In this document: piece after piece, positions 29,786 to 42,746 of the stretch | Layout of the letters: every line of letters begins with the position of its first letter | Numbering within the stretch: the first letter of the stretch is position 1 | Source of the DNA: Balanoglossus misakiensis | Taxonomy: Eukaryota; Animalia; Hemichordata | Assembly (NCBI GenBank): GCA_040954595.2 | Contig: CM082578.2 | Coordinates: forward strand, 15,794,998 to 15,858,997 | Direction: 5' to 3' | DNA: 64,000 nucleotides | The notes under the pieces: model-generated | The model's input: the letters and a program-made list of their open reading frames with translations, nothing else | Databases searched by the model: none | Told to the model about the DNA's origin: nothing | Translations under genes and position numbers: made by a program

Positions 29786-32424
29786 TCATAAATTGTTGGA
29801 AGGTTGGCAACTTAGGTCCTTGTCAATAAAGGGCAGTGAATCGTCCGTGGCCGAACGCCTCAGGTCGAGTATTCCAGACGGATTGCTTCGTAGACTATCG
29901 ACCGAGCTTCGACAACCGGGTGACTGGCAAAACGCACCGATATCGCCGTTCTCGAAGGACGAATCAAATACAGAAGAATTCATCGATCCACTCTTCGCGA
30001 ACGATTGGCTGTTTGGATTCAGATTGTCCCGACTGCCGCACAGTCTGTTCAGGTCGCCGATGGATTCAGCCGTCGGCAAGAATATTCCACTGGCGGATTG
30101 GTGTCGCTGCCATGCGCAGTAGCTCGCACCCGAGCGAAGGTCGCCGTACCTGTCGACGGCTTCTTCGTATGGGGGCGGTATACTGTTCTGACTGTCACCT
30201 GGCATGGTCACCACCGAGCCGGTGGATTCATCATCCACAGACACTATGAGAGTGTACTTCTTTTGCTGGTTTCCCTGCAAAACGGCGGGTGCAGTCATTA
30301 CCCCGTGAAGGCCACTCATTTGCGACGAGTAAAGGGGACGACTTCGTTGAAAGGAAAACCAGTTCGTTGTGCACACGTTACCTATCAGAGAAGTGAAACA
30401 CTACTGTAGTGACAGGTGGCAGCAGTATAACGCGAACAGTAAAGAGCAAGAATAAGTAAAGTCCCACTCGTCATGCGACTCTTTGCAAAGCGCCCGTGAA
30501 CAATTTTTTCATGGATACCACGCGCTATATAAATTAATTATCGTATCGTAAGTAAAGAACGCCAATTATCTCTACACCCGATTCATTGGAGTATTGATTC
30601 ACAAAAACATTACTGTCAATGCTGCGTTTTCATCAATTCCATCAGTATTAGTCACCTCATTATTCTGTCATGCCATTCGTATGATATCAAATCATCTGTG
30701 TTATGTCATACCAGTTTAAAACAATTCTGATTCAAAAGAGAGCAAACCTCTTTCCTGTCCAATGAAAGGATTGTGTAGACGTGGCGGTCCGTCCACCTGC
30801 ACGATGTCAGACAACTCCTCAGAATTCTCAGCGATGACCCCAGATGACTGCGCCGTTCTCTTGAAATTCATGCAAATGATTGTCGTGCATATGATCACCA
30901 TGACAATCATTCCCGATGTGATGGAGACTATGGTGGATCGTTCCTCACTGTGTGTTTCTACTTCATGGTGGAACCAAGCTGCCAAGGAAAATGTAGTACA
31001 GTTAATCAAAGAATTGCTCATTCAATAGGCTATTCAATTAACGCTGCAACACAATAAAGTGTCTTTATATTTTGCTGCATCGAATCTAAGAAGGGGGAAA
31101 GATGCTCACGTTTGTAACATGATTATTTCCAAAAAACAAATGAGTGAAACTCATGACTGAACCACAATCCAAACACGGTTGAATACGAGGCTGAGTCCAA
31201 CAACCTACTCTAAACAAATCAAAACATGACGAAAAACACTGTCGAAGACCTTACCATCCTTATATTCACAGCGATCTCCAAAATAGTTGACCTCACATCG
31301 GCAGACACCAGTGGTAAGACACTCGCCCCGACTGTTACACCCTTCTTCAGAACAGTTAAAAACCCGAACTATATTGTACAAACCAAACAATTAAAGAATT
31401 ATATGTCAATGTCCCTAAGGTAATGATATTACTTTTTATAAAATGGTTGGCAAAATAAAAAAGGGTTATTTCTAAAGCTTACTTGTCTCACAATGTTTCC
31501 CTTGGAAACCAATCTGGCAGATACATACGGCGATTGACTCGTTACAAAATCCTCCATTTCTACATCCAAGACAAGCATCTGTCACGTTGACATCTAGGAA
31601 GCCTATAAAATTAAATTATAGAGGAAGACATAAGTACAAATTGTCACACCTCAGCCATTGTGGACGTTGCAGTAAACATTTACGATGGATTATAATCACA
31701 GTGTTTAAAAGTATAGTTTGTTTGAAAATGGGACTGTTTTTTGAATAGAAGATGTTCGTACCGGGTACAAAGATACAAACTAACAGGGCTTAAGAATTCT
31801 TTACACGGGATATAACGGGTAATTTGCAGCAGCACTAGTCAATGTTGACGTCCGTTCCATGACTCGTAAAATGGAGATTTACGATGGGATGTCACTCTTG
31901 AGGACATAACCGTCTTCATGGGCTGACGACATGTAAATTTAAGATGGTTTATGCATGGTAAAATAGTTTCAGTACTGGTTTGCATTATTCCACTCTTTAT
32001 TTATCGACTGTCACAATTACGACATCTAAGCAAACCCAAAGGACTCTGCTTTCAGGCTATTGAACATGTCAAATAAATCGCCTTTACCCTTTGTTGATAA
32101 TCTGCCATGAGCCCAGTGGCGCCATAACACGTATCGTTCGTAATCCGTATCATAATGTATCTAAAAGGCACCAAATGCGTTTGAGTGTGTCACGTGGCAG
32201 ATTGTGTCTTCTTTGAGTGGGTCACGTGAGCAGAGTTGGTCTTCTACATGAATTCAAGCTATGGGTCATAAATTTGAATGTATTCTCTCTCTCTCTTTAA
32301 GAGCACACAAAGATTTGAAGATAATAAATCAGTTACCGGGGTTTGTAGCGGTCGAAAAAGGTGGTAGCGCATTGGGACCAACGACGCACCAAACGAGGAA
32401 TCCTGTCCACAGCATACGCAACAT
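29786..32424 (-). CDS. Gene E: signal-EGF-EGF-TM-PPxY protein; exons 32424-32337, 31602-31483, 31368-31255, 30978-30748, 30381-29786
   Basis: Leader MLRMLWTGFLVWCVVGPNA; EGF1 CLGCRNGGFCNESIAVCICQIGFQGKHC; EGF2 CSEEGCNSRGECLTTGVCRCEVNYFGDRC; TM then QVDGPPR; tail GLHGVMTAPAVLQG, IPPPYEEA, ASGIFL. Phase-1 introns. Confidence 0.88.
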
Positions 32425-35400
32425 CCGGTTGAGTGACAGTCATTAAAAATCATAATTATTCAATAGACTGTGGCCACCATTTTGCTATTCTCAAAGGTGA
32501 ATATAGGTCACAGCAAAAACACCATCAGGCCTGTAGAGAAACAATCATAACGACACACACAATTGAGTAAAATTGCATTGCAATGTTATCAGAAACAAGT
32601 GTCATATTAAGAGAAGTATCATCCAGGCCTTCACATTCTTGTTATTGTGGTTGAACTATATTACACTGAAATAAAAATAAAAGCCGATTATAGTGTTATT
32701 TTTAACTAAATAATAATGCTTTGAAGTGACAAGTGACCTATATTTGTGTTGGTAATACCACAGAAAATCACCCCTTCACGGCAAATTGAATGTAGAAATG
32801 ATTGACGGCTAAAACCAAAGCATCGTCAATCTTATCATTTTTACAAAAAGCTCATATTATAATGTATTAGATTTCAAAATCCTCGCGGATGGTAGATGAC
32901 CTTCAACCTTTTCACATCTCTGATGCAGTCGAGAGGAAACAACTTTCTTATCGCACTGAAATATTTATGACGTGAAATAGTGATTCATTTGACATCTAGC
33001 AACAATGCTGTGAAGTGCACGTCTAATTTGCCCATGAGTTAGACCGGCAATTTGAGCAAAGATGAGGGGTCAGAGTTATGATTAGTGCTAATGTCGACAA
33101 TACATTTCTTTAGAAATATACAACCAACCAACGTGGATTAAATCAACAAATCTTCGCGCAGGTGGTAATTACCGTGCGTAATTTATAGAAATTCCCAGAA
33201 CCTTCTCATGGCAAATAAAATAGACAGGTGAATGGAGGAAGGATTAATCATCTTTGCGTGAAGACCTTGGAAGTATTTTTTTGTGTTTGAATAATAAAAC
33301 CTCCGAGTTTTAATCCCGAATTTGAGTCTTCTTGTGTGACACATGCCTAGCAATTACTAAATGGTACAGGTTTAATTAGGTAATAGAAACCGCGGTTATG
33401 AATACAGGGCTCCAAGCATCAAGGGAATTCAGTTTACGCCGGGAAATTAAAGTCAGTATTAGATCGCGGAAGTTATCCGGAAGCTCCTGCTGTCCCTCAT
33501 GAACACGTATGTATGAATTTTAAACACTTACAGCGCTATTAAGAATTGATGAATGTGACAACGCGATGAACAGGAATGATGAATTAACAACAAAATCCGA
33601 TAACGCAGGGAATCAAAAGCAAGAATATTTTGACATGTCTAACTCTATAGGTTTGCAAATTTTGACAGTTGTAAAGCTAACCATAAAGATAAGTTATACA
33701 TTTTTTGCAATGATGTCGTCGTTAAATTTAAACATGACGTCTTATAAATATATGGATTCACGATTTATCCAAAATTTTCACATCGTTAGGGTGTCTAGTA
33801 TACCTTGACCTAATTAGAAGTCTTTGGCTGTTAATAATCAATAATTTGTTGCCGGATATGGCTGTGAAATAGAGGTTTTAGGAGCATTAAATTGATGAAG
33901 AATTCAACTTGTTATTTTGTAAGGTACTTTGCGTTATATAATACCGAGACATTGCGAGAATTAACGCGAACTTACTGGGAATTTCAAATGTGTACATCTG
34001 TATGCAAAGCAACGCTACATTCTAGTTTTCAGACATTACCAGTCTCTGCGTTTGAAAAATCCACAAGGACTTTAGAATTGAAAACCTAGTTCGATTGCTC
34101 CACAAAACAATTCCCGACTTGGCTGTAATGCTGTAATTCGTGTGAATATGACATTAAGATGGTATCAGGATGGCTTATCTAGCAGTGCAATATTGGGTAA
34201 AGGGCGAATTTTATAAGAATGCGTGTAGAAATGATTTCGTAATAAATTAAATAATGTTTGTAGCCACAGGTTCACTTACACAATAACACTCAGTCTGTAT
34301 GTGGTACATTTCACTGAAACCTACTGAAATAAGTGTGATGCGAGTGAACGATGCAAAGAACAACAGAATCAATATTCACTATTGAATGAGTTACATGGCT
34401 TTCAAATTATGATATTCGTCATCGATTGAACGCACTAAAGTCTCTTACTTGGCTGATCATGGCCAGCGGCATTATCTAGATGGACAATGACAAAAGCGGT
34501 GATCTTATCAGCTCTCGTGCATTTGCTCGATATTACACTTTCTGCGTACAATCGTTGGTTGATGATTAGAATTTTAACGAACTGCAGACGAGGGAAAGCA
34601 CTACAAGAAGGCTATCGTCATCAATGAGCAGAGCTTTTCATTTCGGCGAACGGCCACTGTGCCAAAATTAAAAACTGTCATGTAAACATGCCGTGCTCGT
34701 ATTGAATATTCGCGAAAAAAAAATTAGTGAAATGATGAAAACACTAAGACCAACCTACCTATTAATGACGCCATCTAATGCGGCTACACGCTATGACTGC
34801 AGCACTGTGGATGGCTTGGAACAAATACAATTACATCGTGGCGAAACAAAGAGCACAGGTAGAGCGTCGAAGCGAAAACAAATGTGACACGCATGCGCAA
34901 CATGTTCCAACTCAGCGGGTGATGTTTTCTGTCCCATGGGTCGGAAATTGGGGTCAGTGTCCTCCTGGAATGAGTCAACGCGTTAATGTGATGACAAATA
35001 TCAGAGAGTTTACATATTGGAGTACAAATGTTCAAGCTTTCAAAGACAGTGTGCACAGTGACATTTGAGAAAATATCAAACAATATCATTTTAGTAGGCG
35101 CGAATTTAAACAGACCACTGGCGCCACACTATTTCCTTGCTTCTCATAGTGATGACGACTGAAAAATGTCAGCCATCTTATGAGGACCATATATGAACAA
35201 TAATTACCTGTGATCAACCTCTGAGCCCAATTTAACCACCGATGAACTGACCCACTATGACCTTACTTTGCATATTAAAATCTGCGTAACTTGGCCAATT
35301 AACGACCGAGTTTGGGGTTGCCTCATCACTGCCTTATCACTGTACTGGAAATCAAGACGCCATGATCGAAACTTCAACTTTGGTCATGTGGGGGAACATA

Positions 35401-36403
35401 TATGCAATACTAACCGAACTCTGTGACCTCTGCGCATGTTCTCTAGCGTGTTTCTGTACCGTGCAGAAGTTATTTTCACTCGTGATGCGAAAAGTGAAAG
35501 TATGGCAGATTCATGACCCACGTGCCAATCTGCGAAGCAAGTTGGATCCTATGTATGACGTAGAGGGCGCATAACCGGAAAACGACACGACGGCTTCAAT
35601 TTCAAGTTTGGATTCAACTTTCTGTACAAGCTTAGACCTCGGTCACTCCAGTGTAGTGACCGTGCTTAGACCAGTTTCGTAAGGTGGGATTTCAATGAGG
35701 CGGATACATTCAGACTTCAAACTGCAGCAGTCTACACTTTCTACTCTCCCGATTCACCAAGTATAGCACAGACAATGCTTTTAATTGATTCGTCAAAAGG
35801 TCGACATCGTTTTTGACGCAAAAATGGCTTATAAAGTCAGTGTTCTACTTGAGTAGGAGTTTTGATGGTATTATACAACACACAAAGTTTTAATGTAAAT
35901 AGTTCAGTCATCAGCAATATCCGATGAAAACCAAACGATGCTCACTTTCACACACAGAAAATGGTTGCTTGTCCTAAAAAGTCGTATTTGACGGGATAAG
36001 ACTTGCTTTTTTTTGCATAAATCAAGAGAGAATCGGAGAAGTTTGTGTTCAATTTTTGTACCAGTTTCAAATTGTTCACTCCCCTTTTGTATAAAGAAAT
36101 GTTTTGTTAAGATGCACGGACGAATTCAAGTATATAACTGCCGCGGCCATTTTCCTAAAATTGTTTGGAACCAAAATATTGCAACTTAGCCCTTTTAACA
36201 ATGAAATTAGTCACATTTCATCCTACAAGTTCAACGATAGTAAAATAGCACCATTTGACGCAACTGGACTGCGAGACATATGCAGCGCCTTCATCCGTCG
36301 AGACAACAAGTACAAAAGCGCCCTCTTAGGTTAGAATACATCGCTACCCAGGAGTAGAGTTTGCATAGCCAAGTGCGACAAATCCATTGACTAAGTAGCA
36401 TGT

Positions 36404-37870
36404 TCATGTTTGGCGTGGTGTCATTTCGATGGCATCACTTGAGATAGTTTCTTCTATTGGCGAGCTGAATGTTACAAGAATACCAACAGATGGTCTTGTC
36501 GATGCCAAATCTTCTGATGTGTTTGTTTCTTCGTTGTTTGTCTCGTCTTCGATGAAGAGATCCGAAGACGTGTTGTCCGGCAGGGTTGATGCTTGCGATG
36601 GAATAGTTCGCATTGACAAACCACCGGTGGAGGACACTGTCGATTCATTTCTCCTGATTTGCTCGTTGTCCAATTCCTCTTGTGTCGCTTGTACGTAGCT
36701 TGGTGGCACTACGTTGTGCTGGCTTCCGGCCACAGTCACAAACGAACATTGCGATTCTTCATCAGAAGGCACGACGTGATCATATTTTGGCGGCAATCCC
36801 CCTTGAAGAACGGCCGGTGCGGTTCTCACTCCGGGGAGCCCGCCAGCAACGTTATGAGGTCGAGTCTGGCGACGAGTCCCGATAAAATGGCGTATCAAAG
36901 ACGATGGATGGAGCACCAAGCCTAAACAAACACATAAGGGGAAATTTAGACTCAAACCACAAAGTTCTGACGGGAGACGCATTGATTTTTTACAGGGAAA
37001 GTTTGATGAAAAAGTCTCCACGGGGCTGTGGTTTGAAAACGAAATATCACAGTAGGTGCATCTGCATGTTTTATTTAAAAAATCAGTAATTTTTCTTCAT
37101 AAGTTTACAGTCAAAGCAGAGATTCGATGGAAGTTCGTACCTCTCCTTTGTCCGGTATTTCTTCTGTGTCTGTTTCGAAAACGGGGCGGCCCGTCGACAT
37201 GTATGGCGCTATCGATTTCTCGCTGCCTGGCACGTGCTTGTCGCGTTGTCCGCCAGGTGTTCACGTACATTATAACAAAACACAGTAGGTACATGAAGAT
37301 CACTCCGCATGCAACCGGCAATAATGCCATTGTCGTCTTTGTAGTCTTACCATTTTCTGGCGGGAAAAGATGAAAATGACTTGGTTATCAAGTTTGCAAT
37401 TCTGTCAGTTACATTAGGGGATGACGAAACGCAAATAGATAGTATCTCGTGAATATTCAGCTTCCGGGCTGTTTGTCATATGATCAATACGCAAATATCA
37501 ATGACAGATGAACTTTATGTGATATTTGAAAGTTGAACCTTACCGATCTCATCTTGGCAATACTGTCCTGTGAAGCCTACATCACAGATGCATGCCGGGA
37601 CTGTGATATTGCATATGCCACCATTGAGACAGGTTTTGTCATCACACATTAGATCGATGTCGAACACTGTGAATATGCAAAAAGCATAATAAAATTGAGT
37701 ACGGAATTTTAGCATACCACTGACTGAAATGCATCATGATATTATCACACGTAAGTGGCTATTTTCACCTCCACAGTCCAATAAATTTCCCACTTACCAG
37801 TCGTGTTCGAAGTGTTGACAAAGGCCGTAACCATTGTCACGACGTGAGGGCTACTCGAATTATCAGCCAT
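36404..37870 (-). CDS. Gene F: single-EGF TM protein with 2xPPxY and no evident signal peptide; exons 37870-37798, 37666-37544, 37356-37141, 36921-36404
   Basis: N-terminus MADNSSSPHVVTMVTAFVNTSNTT; EGF CDDKTCLNGGICNITVPACICDVGFTGQYC; TM then HVDGPPR; tail GLPGVRTAPAVLQG, PPKY, PPSY, TGGLSMR. Confidence 0.85.
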
Positions 37871-40152
37871 GTAAATTCAAAAGCTATAAAAAGTTGGCAA
37901 TGAAAGCAAGGATGATTGTAAAGGCCAGTTCTGTGATCTCATGTCAATTTGAAACTGTCGCACATCACATCTGTTCAATTAGTGTTTTAGTCTGTAAAAA
38001 ATGAAGAGGGAATATTACTTATATGTATACTTTCTGTAAGTTTGTATGAAGTCTGAGAGTGACGACAGATATGCTTATGAGCAGGTGGTCATTGGCCTCA
38101 TTACCCGTTTATATTATAACGTTGCAGCTTGCAGAGGTGTACATAAGGCAACTATTCATGAAATGCTGTCGAATCATTGCGCTAGAAAAAAACAAGAACA
38201 GCCCAGTATCGTTGAAACTAGGCCAACGATACTCTCACTAGCATCTGCCAAACGATATTCATTTACTAATAAATGGCGAGCAGACATACATCACCATGGA
38301 GATTGACCTTGCGCCGCGAGCAGAAGTCTGAAATGGGACCGCTCACTGCATTTCGACGAATGTCTTACGTATCTTAGCCATTCAATTTCAAAAATGGTCG
38401 TCTACTTACCACGACCGTGGCATGGAGCGCTCGTTTTTGATGGTGATGCCGTATTGCTACGTTCCAGTTCTTTGCACTGCGTCATGGTGACACATTTCTC
38501 TGCCGTCTGCACTCGATGTCTACCGTGAGCATATGCGCATGCGTTCAGACATGGAACTATGATGTCATCAACCAATCCTGAACCAATATTGAACGAAATG
38601 TCTTGTTTAGAAGGCATGGAACTCTTACAAAACTCTTTACAGGGTCTCAGTTATTAACGAACTAGATGATTATAGCATAGACGCAACCTTGACCGCCATG
38701 TCGACCTACATGCAGGCTACAGCTGCGTCATGATCTACAACACAATGTGGGATAAACGTGTCGGGGTGGGAAGTGAAAGATTTGCTAAACGCACCTCACG
38801 AAAAGGTATATTAATATTGAGTGATTAAACCTTCCAGGTCGTTGTTTGGATTCCAAAATGTGAGGTAAAAGTTTCTGATGAGAAGCGCTGGGCGCGGGCG
38901 AGTACATGTACCTGGTTTGAACAACATTGGAAGCAGTGATTGCCGATTCTGATTGGTCAATTTGGGCGAATCGTGTCAAAGTTGACACTATCATCGTGGG
39001 GTCAAGGTGAATGAACTGCGTGTACTACTCATCGACAGTGCTTTTCTTTTCTTTTTTATGTTTGTCACTCATTATAAATGGCTTGATGCTTGTAAATTCG
39101 AATTCATCTTTATTTTTTCCCTTCCTAACTACCGCCATCAAGGGAAAACTGTCCTAAGAATCTGGTTATCTTGTTCGAAAAGTCCTCAGGTCTGTAATAT
39201 TCAGGGTAACAAATATCATAGACATTCAGGTGAACCCTGGACAAATCTTCAGCAAAAGGGTTTATTCACTTTAATAGAAAAGGTTTGTGTAATGCAAAAC
39301 GATTATTCAATTTTACTTAAATACAAAATAACATGCCTCGTCACGTACGATCGGACAAATTGAGGACACTGAGACAATAGAACTACAGCGGTACATTGAA
39401 TGCGGCATTGTACTGGTATTTGGCGAACACTTCAGTCCAACACAGACGTCATTGATAACATCACATTCCGTTCAGTCGCCTTGCAATGTTGTGTTTCTTA
39501 CAGGTATACAGTCACCCACGTTTACGTGTACCCGTATATCGTTCAACGGGCGCATCGAATAACTGTGTGGTAGCGCAAATGTTTTCACGTGGCCACTTCG
39601 CGAACACGTCATTGGCTAGATCTGGTAACTGTGGCTGAATTTGCATATGTGACTATCTCTACTGTTCTTCGCGAATTCCTTTACGCTACAGAGACCTTCA
39701 CTACATTTAAACGGTACTAGCAGTTATATGAACCAAAATGGCACACCTGGCGTATCACGTGATCACATGAAAAAAGTTGAAATATCAATTATTTTTTTAA
39801 AACATGAAAATGATGTGTCTAGCACCATACATACTTTTGTATCCAATATGTGGTCTAGAACTTCAGGCAACATTTGGCAATTCCGGTGGTTGTGGCAAAG
39901 GTGCCCGAAGTGCTATGAAAAAATATCGATGTGCAATATTGAAATGTCGATGCAACATTGATAATGTAATATAGACACGTTTCATAGTGTCCGCTTGGAT
40001 AGAAGTCTCAATATGCGGAATATCACAGCTGGTAAGTCGGGTTTGCGAAATTGAGATGATTTAGATTTGAATGCACGGCATCCCCTATGAAATCAGTTTT
40101 ATTTATGTGGTCTGGCTGCGATATTTTCCAAGCTCAATTTTCCAACTCAACA

Positions 40153-42746
40153 TCAGAGGGTGGTTGTTCTTTGAGTAAAAACATTTGGTTCAAGATCCAC
40201 ACGAACTCTAATAACATTTTCACTTTGCTTTGTCATATCGTTTGTGGGTCTGATCTGTTCGCGAACGAGGATATCGTCACTACTGCTCGACAGGTGTGGC
40301 TCGGGATTCCGTTGCTGATTTCCCGCATCACTGTCGACATCTTCTCCCTGATATTCAAAGACGCTGTCGGCTTCATCGGATTCTTCCTCGATTCTGGGAC
40401 TAGTCCTTATATACTGCCCGCTGCAGTGCCTTCGCGAGTGCAGTCGCGTGTTGTGCTCGTTCAAAAGCTCCGTGTTTTCCGATTCACTAGGAATGCTTCT
40501 CATGAATATGCCACTGGAAACCGAGGAGTTTCCTCTTCGAGGATACTGTTCGTTCAGGATCCTCTCCTCCTCCTCTTCCTCATCTCGCAAAGCTTCGTCG
40601 TAAGAGGGCGGTATCTGCAGCAAGATCCCGTCGTGAACAGTCACCACTGACGCTCTCCTCAACTCGTCATCCTCATCGTCTAAACCCGCCACATATTGGT
40701 ATTTTGGCGGAATCGTTCCTTGTAGAATAGCAGGGGCGGTACTGACCGGGTGGAGCCCCCTGTTTCCTTCTCTGGAATGACTTATTCGCCGACCAGCGCT
40801 CCTTTCAAAAGGAAGGTACCAAGACGGTCGATAGGGTTGGCCTGAAAAATACGAGATCTGGTTAGCTTTGCCGATCCCACATGTTAAAGTGGATGAGAAC
40901 TGAATATACCCGCGTTGTACATCTCCGAGTCCAAAGGCACATAATATATGCAAATGCAAATTAAGTTTTCACCAATTTGCGTAACACTGGATTTTTATGA
41001 AATATTGTGCCCACATAACTGTGACCTATGTAATTATTTCGCGCCCATTCAAGTGTGACTATAAAGGACTGAGTAGAGCTGCCTACCGACTTCAACATCA
41101 TTGTCTTCTATGTCTTCTACAGTACGGTGTCCCGGTCTGCGCATGCGAGGGGGACCGTCAACTTGGGTGGCATTTCTTATTTCATTGGCATCATCGCGAG
41201 CCTCTTTCGCGCGCTTGATGTTGACGTAGAGTATAAGGAAACAGATGATGAGCATGACCATGATGGCAAATGATGCGGATACTATCATTGATCGCTTGTC
41301 TTTATCGTTCTCCAACGACGAATTCCACCAATCTACAGAATCAGATGTACAAAAAAGGGACAGCTATTAGAAACCTGTTAGCATAAGTGCAAACACCACT
41401 TGCATTTCGTAGAGTTGTTTTAATGGAATAACCACAAAAAGCGTGAACTCTCAGCATTAACTTTCCCTTTCCAGTTAAACAATTCGCGAAACTACTACAT
41501 GTAGTAACAATGATGGAACTTTACCATCCAAGAATTGACAGCGCCGTCCATAATACGGGCGAATGCAGAGACATTCGCCCGTCTCCACACAGATCCCTTC
41601 GTGATCACATCCACCGTCTAGACGACAGTTGAACAAACTCGGTGTCTTCACATTCAAACCTGCAATTAGTTGTCAATTAGTTATTTCCTTAATCACTGGT
41701 TTAGGTCTTCGTCAATTTTCCGTTCGGAAAAAAATGCGATATACATGGATATAATTTCACTATGGGTTTACAGCTCATACTATATGTGACATTCTCATCT
41801 TCCGAAACCTGAAGAGCGTTTAAAGGCAAACATTTGAATCCAACGGACCGAAAGTACAAACCACTCCAGTGTTCACATTATTTCTACTAAAGGCTGTGTA
41901 TCTGAATGTATTCACAGGGTAAACAAAGACCCGTTGTCAACAGCAACTTACGTTGTTCACAATGGATACCTTGGTAGCCATCTTCACAGACGCATGTCGG
42001 GATACGGTCATCACAGTATCCGCCATTTTGGCAACCACCGCACAAACTGTACGTGTCGTTTTTTCCTGTGAAGATAAAAAAATGAAAGTATAAGTTGCGA
42101 TAACTTTCGCTAAATGCAATAATTATGTGTGACATACGGTCCTACCATCACAGTGTGACATATCTTGTTTCCAGAAATTATTTATAGGCCTAAGAATGTC
42201 TGAGTGAGTGTCTTACGTTTTATGGCCGATGCAATGTTATTTTGGCCGCTTGATAAACTCTCAGACAACTATACTTGTACAAGATAACTATAAATCTGTC
42301 GACACTACCCCGATCAGTGAAATTCCCAAATAAAATGAACAAAACCTCACACACCAAATACCAACATCGGTTTAATAGATAGCAATACAGCAGATATCGC
42401 TCATCAGAAAGTGAATTTATGTGAGCGACTGTAATTCAAACTTCTCTGAAATGCCTTCACGCTTGTACTTATATTTCGCATTGCGCGCATATTTTTATGG
42501 GTAAATACTGTAATGGGAACGTAACTTGAACACTATCAAAGTTAAAGAGCTGTACAAATCAGGATTGTTACTTTGATTACTGTATCAGGATGAAGACCTT
42601 AACTCATGTCTTCCTATATAGAAAGGGAGTTTCGGATCAATAATAGTAAAAATCCCCCCAAAAAACTCACCTGCAACTTGACAGAAATTTGCTGACCAAA
42701 GGATGAACAATGATACAAGCCATAGCATAATTCGATGGAACTCCAT
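40153..42746 (-). CDS. Gene G: signal-EGF-EGF-TM-2xPPxY-PDZ protein; exons 42746-42671, 42065-41952, 41659-41525, 41332-41087, 40841-40153
   Basis: Leader MEFHRIMLWLVSLFILWSANFCQVA; EGF1 CGGCQNGGYCDDRIPTCVCEDGYQGIHC; EGF2 CRLDGGCDHEGICVETGECLCIRPYYGRRC; TM then QVDGPPR; tail YRPSWYLPF, GLHPVSTAPAILQG, PPKY, PPSY, SSGIFMR, ending RTTTL*. Confidence 0.9.

Noticed and set aside
40087-40650. Long antisense ORFs over tail exons (also 11913-12242, 29793-30409, 36429-36925)
   Set aside because: Shadow frames of real coding exons on the opposite strand.
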